DNA of 64,000 nt. Origin: Eledone cirrhosa (lineage: Eukaryota). Positions 55,290 through 64,000 of this stretch are shown piece by piece. A program made the position numbers and the translations under genes. Location of the stretch: assembly GCA_964016885.1 (NCBI GenBank), contig OZ024740.1:61194001-61258000 (forward strand), in the 5' to 3' direction. The notes beneath the pieces were generated by a model. It did not search any database, had not been told where the DNA came from, and saw nothing but the letters and a program-made list of their open reading frames with translations. Within the stretch, counting starts at the first letter, position 1, and each line of letters opens with the position of its first letter.

Positions 55290-56165
55290 AAGTCTATTAG
55301 CCAGTGTCACCTTAGCTGCACAGTAAAAACACACCTCAGGCCATCAGCAGACTGATAGTTTGTGTCACCTTCATTGAGCAATGAAAAAACATCTCAGGTC
55401 TTCAACAATTATTTAGTCATTGGCACCATAGTGGAGTAGTAAAAACACACCCCAGGCCCACAACAGTTAGTTAGTGACACATTAGCTGGGTAGTAAAAAT
55501 ACACCTCAGGCCCTCAAAAATCACCTTAGTTGAGCAGTGAAAAGATACCTCTGACCTTCAATAGCCAATGGTCTGTTTGTCAGTGTCACCTCAGCTGAGT
55601 AGTGAAAACAAACTTCTGGCCCTCAACATCCAACAAAATGTTAGCCAGTGTCACCTTAGATGAGCAGAAAAAACACATCTCAGGCCCTCAGCAGACCGAT
55701 AGTTTGTGTCACCTTAAATAAGTAATGAAAATACACTTCAGGCCCTCAAAATCATTTAGTCAGTGTCACCTTAGCTGAGCAGTGAAAACACGCCAAGACC
55801 TCAACAGTCTGTTAGTAAGTGGCATATTAGCTGGGCAGTAAAAACACAACTCATACCCTCAATAGTTTGTTAGTCAGTGTCACCTTAGTTGAGCAGTAAA
55901 AACATGCCAAGCCCTCACCAGGCTGTTAATTATACTCACCTTAACTGAGCAATGAAAATTACCTCTGACCCCCAACTGTATTTTAGACAGTGTCACCTTA
56001 GCTGAGCAGTGAAAACACACATGTGGCCCTCAGCAGTCTGTTAGTATCTGTCACCTTAACTTAGCAGTGAAAACACATCTCTGGCCCTCAGGCTTCTGTT
56101 AATCAGTTTCGCCTTAACTGAGCGAGGAAAACACACCTCTGTCTCTCAACAGTCAATTAGTCACT
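55290..56165. repeat. ~57-bp degenerate minisatellite (roughly 15 copies)
   Basis: Approximate consensus CAGTGTCACCTTAGCTGAGCAGTGAAAACACACCTCAGGCCCTCAACAGTCTGTTAGT. Confidence 0.9.
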
Positions 56166-56609
56166 TTCGACTAAAACTCATAGATGCGAGTCTCCAGCAT
56201 GGTCGCAGTTCATTGTCTGATATCAGTAAAAGACGAACATTGTATTTATAAGTACATTATGACTGTTTTCTCTTTATGTTAACAGTGGACTTAACATTTA
56301 AGGATATTAAGGATATAACAAATATATTTTGTTGATGTTTGACATTGTTTTTTAGTTATGAAATAGCTTATAAGCTACTTAATAGGATCACAGAGCATGA
56401 GTACACTGCTCTTTAAATTAACTTTATCTCCACCGCACTTCGTAAAGTCTGAGAGATGTGATAGGCATCACATATGTTTTATATTCTTTGTTTTTTTTTG
56501 TATTTAGATAGAAGAGGAGGAGACAAAGGTACAGAAGAAGACAAAGATGAACAAGAAGGACAATTATTATTACTATTATTATTGTTATTATTATTTGTAT
56601 TATAATCAA

Positions 56610-57625
56610 ACTATGTCACATTACACCACATAATACTATATCACACCACACCACACTACGCAACACTATACTATACCACACTATATAATACAACACCACC
56701 TTCCAAACAATACACCATACTACATTATACGACACCACCTCACACTACGAAACACTATACGACACGACACCACGCTATGAAACACTATACTATACCACAC
56801 AACTTAAGTTAGAGATAATGAACTTTTTCTCCTGGAAAGCAGAAAACCTACTGTAAACTAAAACGAACCCTAAAAATAACACTTGCCCTAGCACTTACAC
56901 TTACACATACCCTAACATTTAACTTAACACTAACATTAACCTTAACACTAACATAAAAACTAACTCTAAAACTAACACAAACACTAACTCTAAAACTAAC
57001 ACTACCATAAACACTAACACTAACCCAAACACAAACAATACCACTGACAGAAACACCAACGGAAACACTAACAATAACAATAACAATAACACAAACACCG
57101 ACCTGAACGCTAACACTAACAAAAACACTAACACTAAGGAAAAACTAACATTAACCTGAAGACTAACATCAACACTAATACAAAAACTAACAGAAACACT
57201 AAAACTAAAGCTAATACTAGCACTAACACAAATATTAACACAAACACTAACACTCACACACACAAACGCTGACGCTAACGCTAATGCAAACGCTAACAAT
57301 AACGCAAACGCTAACAATAACGCAAACGCTAACAATAACGCAAACGCTAACACTAATGGAAACATTAACAGTAACGCTAACAGTAACACTACCACTAACA
57401 ATAAACTTAATATTAACAGTAAAACGTACCCTAAATCTAACACCGAGGAAAAAAGTCGATTACAATCATCTTTGAGGTCATTTTTTAAGTTATTGAAGAT
57501 AAGCATTATTACATTTTAAAGATTTTAAGTTAGAGAGAATCACGTTATACTACACAACACAATGACACAGCACACCACACCACACCACACTAACCTACAC
57601 TACACCCAACCAGATTATACTACAC
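56610..57625. repeat. (ACACT)/(ACTAAC)-type low-complexity tracts
   Basis: Degenerate penta- and hexamer repeats. Confidence 0.8.
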
Positions 57626-57779
57626 CCCGGTAAATTTATAGAACACCGGGATTTCTATTTGAAAAGTTTTTTTTTTCTTTTTTTGTTTGTGTTTACCACC
57701 TAATCTGACCTCCAAGGTGCTCTCGACTTTGAAACCTGTTGAAAATGACTAGCTTTGTAGAAAAGAAGGGCGGAAAGTA

Positions 57780-59965
57780 GGCGGAACGGCCGGAGTTACG
57801 TTTTTACGTTTTGGTTCAACTTCTAATAATTCCGTACGTTCCCTTTTCCTTGTACTCATCCGTGTAGATTCAACAATTTCCTTGGGGGTTGGCACATCGA
57901 AAATATCATATAACACTTCCATTGGTTCTACTTTTCTCGTGACCCTTTCTTCAGCAAACGCCTTTTTAAAAACAACTGATTTATATGTCTCTTATGTTTC
58001 CACTTGTGATCTTTTACCATATACAATATTTTCCCAATTTGTCTACTTATCACGCCGTCTTCCCACATTTCTTTACCATTTTTATACATTCTAAAAAACA
58101 CTTTATCGCCAATTTTGAAAACTTTTGTGGTCTTTTTTTTGTTATCTGATATTTTTCTTTTTCGAACCGTTAACAATTTGTCAAACACTGACTTTATTTT
58201 TCTTGCGAACATCAATTCCACAAGTACCATGCCTGCAGGGGTATTAGGATTAGGCGTTACATGGTAAAGAATTGTTGAAGTGCTAAATCATCCATTATTT
58301 CATTGTTTGCTTTCTTTAAGGCGCTCTTAAATATATATCCACAAAACGTTCCGCTTGCCCATTTGACCTTGGCTGATACGGCGGAGTAGTAACATGTTCA
58401 ATAGAGAACATTTTACAATTTTTTTAAAAATTCATACACAGTGAATTGTGTCCTATTATCAGAAACTATGGTATCAGGAATACCATATCTTGCAAACAAT
58501 TCGTGTAATAAACTTACTGTAACCGATAAGGTTGGTCTTTTACACTTCGAAATTTCAGGCCACTTAGTAAAGCTATCTACCACTACAAGATAATATGAAA
58601 TCTATATGTAGCCTGGACCATGGAATATCCGTCTTTGGCTAAGGTTGAAATTTTGTGGTAAGCGATTTTACTGCCAGAGCACAACATCTGCAGGATTTTA
58701 TCAATGTTTCAATCTCTTGGTCCATTTTGGGCCAATATACATAACTTCTTATAAGAGCTTTCTTCTTGATACTCCCGGATGACCAATGAGAAATTCTTTT
58801 AATATTCGCCTTTGTAGTGTGACCGGTATTTCTACTCTTTGTGCATACATCAGTACATTGTCACAAATTGAGTAAGAGTTCGAATCTGGGTTGCGTTCTG
58901 CAAACCACATATTTTAATTTATTTGTTCTGCTCTCACTAATCTTTTCATTTTCTTAATAAAAACGTCTTCTTCCGCTTTTAATTTTATTTCTTCTAAAGT
59001 AACAGGTAATTCCCGTACTACGTTACACAATATACTTTTTATTTCTTGATAGACCACCAGAGTATCCTAATTTGTTGGATAGTAGATACTCCATCTTAAA
59101 ATCGTAATTTAATAAAATGGTGTCCCAGTGTTGTAATCTATTTGCTGTATGGATGGGAATTCCCGTCTTTGATCGGTAAATTGACAACAAAGGGCGGTGG
59201 TCAGCCTGTAAACGAAAACTCCTTCCTGACCCAGGTTCTGCTGCACGTCGGGCTGAGGGGCCAAACTCCTCAAATACCGGTCGCTCTCCGACAGGTTTGC
59301 GGTCGTACCCCTGGCAGTGGAGACTTCTGGTGTCCTCGGCCCCAGGGCTACCTCCTTACTCACCACCATAGGCGCTGAGCTAGCCAGTCGCAGGTGTGAG
59401 CCCCGAGAGTTGGAGTGGCTTTTACAGTGCGTCTCCCTTGCCATCCTCCGGGGAAACGCCTTCTCCATTCTGTCCGCCGGGGCTGTGGGTGGGCCTCATC
59501 GCGTACCGTTGTAGTTGTTGTATACAGATATTAACCATTATGATTATATGGGCCTTCCAGCCGATTCCATTCCACTCCATTTTTCCAGGGACTATGTTGA
59601 AAAATAAACCTCATTTGGTGGTCAAAAAAAAAAAAAAAAGTAAAACTTGTAAATTCTTGTATGAATTTCTGCATCTTTCTTTGCAGTTAACCTTTGCACG
59701 AAAATTAAGCATTTAAACATGTCTGGGGTTAGTTCGATAAGTTTAAATATTTCGCATTCCTTGTTAACGATTCCAGCATACGTGACAAAATTTTCGTCCT
59801 TTTTTTCGCCAGATTCATATACTGCCAACGGGTGTTAAATAAAGAACATTTATCGCTAAAAAATTTTGACAGGATATTTATTGTTTCCTGAAAACAGATC
59901 CCACCTAGTTTCATCGGTAGTATATAGTTGCAGTATTTTTCATGTCTGGTGCCAACTTTCTCAAG
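57780..59965 (-). mobile_element. Degenerate Gypsy LTR retrotransposon internal fragments (integrase, partial gag)
   Basis: Minus strand yields PWSRLHIDF, YLVVVDSFTKWPEI, TIVSDNGTQFT, PRSNGQAERF, HPG and FKIGDKVF..KRHINQL. Confidence 0.85.
59190..59514 (+). mobile_element. CRE-like non-LTR retrotransposon 3' fragment (restriction-like endonuclease C-terminus)
   Basis: KYRSLSDRFAVVPLAVETSGVLG...LLQCVSLAILRGNAFSIL; a GC-rich island within the Gypsy sequence. Confidence 0.75.
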
Positions 59966-60059
59966 TATACCTATATACACAAACATGTATACATACATTT
60001 ACATACACGCACACTCATATGCCTAACACACACTCATATACCTAACACACGCACGGACG

Positions 60060-60101
<42 letters not shown>

Positions 60102-60380
60102 TATACACATATACACTGATCAACATTCTTGGCTTTCATCAAGTCGCAGGTATACAGATTTCCCTCTCCTAGAATGATGTCTTAAGCAAGGACAAGAGTT
60201 CACTCAATCCCGGTGGACTAACTGCCCTGTCGGGCAACACACAGTATTTCCATGTCCCCTCCACACACACACACGGATTCATTAATTTTAATTGCATTAA
60301 CAAAAAGAAAAAAAAAATGTTTAAGATAAAGTAATATCTCATATGTTAAAAACTATAACTGAATCTGTGAGATGTCATGT

Positions 60381-60462
60381 GGTAGCGTGGCCGAGCGGTC
60401 TAAGGCGCTGGTTTAAGGCACCAGTCTCTTCGGAGGCGTGGGTTCGAATCCCACCGCTGCCA
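60381..60462 (+). tRNA. tRNA-Leu(AAG)
   Basis: GGTAGCGTGGCCGAGCGGTCTAAGGCGCTGGTTTAAGGCACCAGTCTCTTCGGAGGCGTGGGTTCGAATCCCACCGCTGCCA: intact type II cloverleaf with A and B boxes. Confidence 0.97.
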
Positions 60463-60581
60463 ATGTTATTTAAATATATATTTTGTAAATAGACGTAACG
60501 GTCTTTTAGGGAAACAGTTTGCTGGGTGTATTTATACGTAGTAAGTTGCACCGTTCCTACTAAGTATTTTAAAGTTCTTCC

Positions 60582-60623
<42 letters not shown>

Positions 60624-60791
60624 TTATATAAAGAATTAGTATATCTACCAACATATTTATACAGAAGTATACTTATGCTAGCAAGATATAGGTTTTGTCT
60701 TAGTAACTTTGTGGTTCAATACAAAAATGTAGAACAATTATATGAAAGACGTAAAATAAGAAAAGTATAATAATTAACTTACTTAAGTTTC

Positions 60792-60854
60792 ACTCCAACT
60801 AATTAGTTTCTGAAAGGGGATATACATGGAGAATTCCTTTCTTCATCAGGGAGT
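60792..60854 (-). ncRNA. Type I hammerhead ribozyme (family E)
   Basis: Minus strand reads ACTCC CTGATGA A GAAAGG...CCTTTC A GAAA CTAATTAG TT GGAGT. Confidence 0.82.
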
Positions 60855-61355
60855 CAATTCTCGGCTAAGATCCCTGGCGATAGGCGGACACAGGGATCTC
60901 AAACGAAAATAATTCAGTGAATGGAAAAGAAGCAAGCGTGGACTAAATTTCAAGACACTGAAAATTACACTACCTTCCCGGTCAGTGGCAAATTCAAAAG
61001 AATCAATCACGTGACACCGAGGTTAATCAGTGAGGAGTGGGGTGTTATAAAGACAGTAGCCAAAATATTACTATGAATCATAGTAGTAATTCAGGCAAAT
61101 TTTTGCTCAACAAATAATTTGGAGATAATTATAAAGAATTAGTATATCTACCAACATATTTATACAGAAGTATACTTATGCTAGCAAGATATAGGTTTTG
61201 TCTTAGTAACTTTGTGGTTCAATACAAAAATGTAGAACAATTATATGAAAGACGTAAAATAAGGAAATTATAATAATTAACTTACTTACTTAAGTTTCAT
61301 TCCAACTAATTAGTTTCTGAAAGGAGATATACGTAGTGTTCAAAACCATGGAGAA

Positions 61356-61430
61356 CCCTGACGAAGAAAGGAATTCTCCATGGTTTTGAACACTATGTAT
61401 ATCCCCTTTCAGAAACTAATTAGTTGGAGT
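61356..61430 (+). ncRNA. Type I hammerhead ribozyme (family E), stem I truncated
   Basis: CC CTGACGA A GAAAGG...CCTTTC A GAAA CTAATTAG TT GGAGT. Confidence 0.68.
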
Positions 61431-61622
61431 GAAACTTAAGTAAGTAAGTTAATTATTATAATTTTCTTATTTTACGTCTTTCATACATATTTATATATAC
61501 ATATTTATATATATTGTTTTACTTTGGGGTGGTCATGCTGCCGATAAAATCACGCAGTTCAGTTTATTATAAACTCCCTGTTGGTTTGTTTAATAACAGG
61601 ATGGTTTTTTTAGTTGTTGATT

Positions 61623-61663
61623 GTCAAAGCTCTTTCATCACACATTCTGACCTCCTCAGTGAC
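61623..61663 (-). ncRNA. Hammerhead ribozyme (family H solo pLTR)
   Basis: Minus strand reads GTCA CTGAGGA G GTCA gaatgtg TGAT GAAA GAGC TT TGAC. Confidence 0.68.
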
Positions 61664-61760
61664 TAACTTTGTTGATATTTTGAGTCGCTCCTATGTTCCG
61701 TCATGCACCATCTTGATTTTGTGTTCACAATACTATAACCGGATGCCAGCGTTATCGAGT

Positions 61761-61842
61761 GGTAGCGTGACCGAGCCGTCTAAAGCGCTGGTTTAAGGCA
61801 CCAGTCTCTTAGGAGGCGAGGGTTCGAATCCCACCGATGCCA
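61761..61842 (+). tRNA. tRNA-Leu(AAG)-like, diverged (possible pseudogene)
   Basis: Several substitutions relative to 60381-60462 in the D arm, T stem and acceptor stem. Confidence 0.75.
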
Positions 61843-62321
61843 TTTGCTTTTTCATATAAGATGAAGCTGACATTTAGGGTCTCCATGGATTGTCTAATCA
61901 CATACATTGTATCGTTCCTACCAATTATATAGAAGATATTTTAAAGGTTCTGTAAGAAATAAAGAACGATTTTAAAAATATATCTGTTGTCCTTGCCTGA
62001 AAAGAAAACAAACTCACACAAAATCGCACACAAACAGAGAACACACACACATACACACACACACATAGATACATACACACACATAGATTCACACTCATGA
62101 TACTGTTAGAGAAATAAAAGTTCTAATTGAAATTTAACCCATTATAAGAAATTATTGGTGTAAAAACTTTTGATAATGGCAATTATGTTCAAGTAACATA
62201 AGGGAGACAACTTTTGATTAAAAAATTAACAATTAAATGAGTCAAGGTTTTCCAATGTCAACTAATTTTAATTGTCTTAACAGTGAAATATTTTCAAACA
62301 AGAAACATTATTAAAAGTAAA

Positions 62322-62514
62322 ACGGTGGATTGGTAGTATTGGTGGAGGGTCGGACGCCATGCTTTCCAGCATAGTTACGTCCCTTTACGGTCTGAGTTCA
62401 AATCCCGCCGAGGTTAACTTTGCCTTTCATCCTTACAGGGTCGTTAAAATAAAGTACCAGTAATGTACTGTCTGGTTAATTGATGGCCTTGTGCCAAAAG
62501 TGGAAACAATTATT
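62322..62514 (+). mobile_element. tRNA-derived SINE with flanking direct repeat
   Basis: Family core present; ATTATTAAAAGTAAAA lies on both sides (target-site duplication). Confidence 0.9.
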
Positions 62515-62546
62515 AAAAGTAAAATACAAGAGCTGAGTAATGATAG

Positions 62547-62628
62547 TGTAGCGTGGCCGAGTGGTCTAAAGCGCTGGTTTTAAGCACCAGTCCCTTCGGA
62601 GTCAAGGGTTCGAATCCTGCCAATGCTG
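62547..62628 (+). pseudogene. tRNA-Leu-derived pseudogene, anticodon TAA
   Basis: CTGGT-TT-TAA-GC-ACCAG anticodon arm; acceptor stem is disrupted. Confidence 0.7.
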
Positions 62629-63176
62629 ATATTTACTTTTTGTAAATAGACATAACCAGTGGTGGACTGGCCAGGTTGCCCAATGGCAAGTGGGCGCCAG
62701 GGGACCCACAGTAACATTGCAGAAGCCCACTCTAGTATTTTAGGGGCCAATGCTTTGCTTTCAAAACATATCTTTAAAAAAAAGTCTTAGAGAAAGAATA
62801 ACATTTAAAAAAAAAAATAAAATAAAAATAAATAAGCAAAGCATTTGGTCAAACAATTCCCTAGGGAATTAATAGAAACCAAAATATATGATAGTACTAG
62901 CAGTTGGAGTCGCTGGTTGTCTAAATTTATAGCTTACTGTGTTCATTCATGCATGCACGCACACACACATAGAGGTAGTTCCACAACAGTTAGTTCACCA
63001 TTCGGATCCGAATAAGGTGAAATATTTGCTCTCGGTGTGGTGAACTAACTGTTGTGGAGCTACTACCAAACTCGTCCCATGGACTGAGTGCTCTACTACT
63101 ACGGATATAACCTAACAGTGTTCTACTATACCTAACACCTTTCGTAACTGTACTCCTTGTTGTTGTTATTTACTTT

Positions 63177-63241
<65 letters not shown>

Positions 63242-63244
63242 TAT

Positions 63245-63309
<65 letters not shown>

Positions 63310-63314
<5 letters not shown>

Positions 63315-63565
63315 TGTAATAAACAACATAAGATAATTATTTCATTTACCAGTGGTTTCTTGAAGACAGATATTTATGTCTGTCTTCATTCATCAGAAAA
63401 ATATTTCATATTATTTTTCTGATCAATGAAGACAGACATAAATATCTGTCTTCAAGAAACCACTGGTAAATGAAATAATTATCTTATGTTGTTTATTGCA
63501 TAACTAAAAGGGTCTGTAGCCTACATAGAGCACTCTGTTTTCCTTTACCTTTCCTATGGAAATAC
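63310..63565. mobile_element. Fold-back HHR-bearing element (family D-like)
   Basis: Arms 63310-63403 and 63412-63506; (TA)n flanks. Confidence 0.8.
63338..63403 (-). ncRNA. Type I hammerhead ribozyme (family D-like)
   Basis: Minus strand reads TTT CTGATGA A TGAAGACAGA cataaata TCTGTCTTCA A GAAA CCA c TGG TA AA. The plus-strand partner 63412-63477 has a mutated CTGATCA core. Confidence 0.72.
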
Positions 63566-63693
63566 TTCATATATATATATATATATATAAAATGGAAAAC
63601 GAAGAATCCGTAGGAGCATAGAGTGCTCAACCGGCATACCGCCTATGGACGCATCTTAGCTACCATAAGACACAGACACACACACACACACAC

Positions 63694-63769
<76 letters not shown>

Positions 63770-63935
63770 GTAGGAGGTGAGTTTTATTATAGCACAATAA
63801 AGCAATGCAAATATCGGATAAGTAGCACTCAACAGTTTATAGGACTGGAGTATAAATAATATAAGATCAAAATATGTAGATTTAACACTTCACTGCTCGC
63901 AAGTGTTTTTTAAGCTTCATATCATGTCTCCCTAT

Positions 63936-64000
63936 TTTATCTGATGAGAACGCAAATGTCATCCCATGATGATATTTGTTTTTGAAATGCGCATAATAAA
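63936..64000 (+). ncRNA. Type I hammerhead ribozyme (family K)
   Basis: TTTAT CTGATGA GAAC GCAAATGTCATC ccat GATGATATTTGT TTTT GAAA TGCGCA TA ATAAA. Confidence 0.78.

Larger units (their letters stand above)
60626..61485. mobile_element. HHR-bearing element, family E: direct repeat (period ~503 bp) plus fold-back at ~61355
   Basis: 60631 and 61134 are direct repeats; 61245-61353 is inverted against 61374-61484. Confidence 0.78.

Noticed and set aside
55290-56165. CRISPR-like array
   Set aside because: Eukaryotic context, the linkers are mutually homologous rather than unique spacers, and there are no cas genes.
56919-57506. 195-aa hydrophobic membrane protein ORF
   Set aside because: Antisense translation of ACTAAC-type hexamer repeats.

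Overview
AT-rich, microsatellite-dense eukaryotic DNA, most likely an octopus genome (inferred from the SINE family and the density of (TA)n/(CA)n/(GA)n repeats). No intact host protein-coding gene is evident, and most ORFs in the track are microsatellite artefacts. Recognisable content: a full-length frameshifted hAT/Buster transposon (2909-6243); a near full-length RTE-type LINE (34487-37786, minus) plus several RTE, CR1/L2, CRE and Gypsy fragments; three coding Penelope-like element (PLE) remnants; non-autonomous Helitrons; many tRNA-derived SINEs; a near-identical ~4.96 kb tandem duplication; minisatellites; and three tRNA-Leu genes or pseudogenes. The main signal is about 20 minimal type I hammerhead ribozyme (HHR) motifs from roughly 11 sequence families. 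They sit in short non-coding elements inserted into (TA)n tracts, arranged as fold-back palindromes and partial tandem repeats, consistent with solo PLE pLTRs or retrozyme-like units. Three families carry the compensatory U3-A8 core instead of C3-G8. All structures were read by eye and none were computed.
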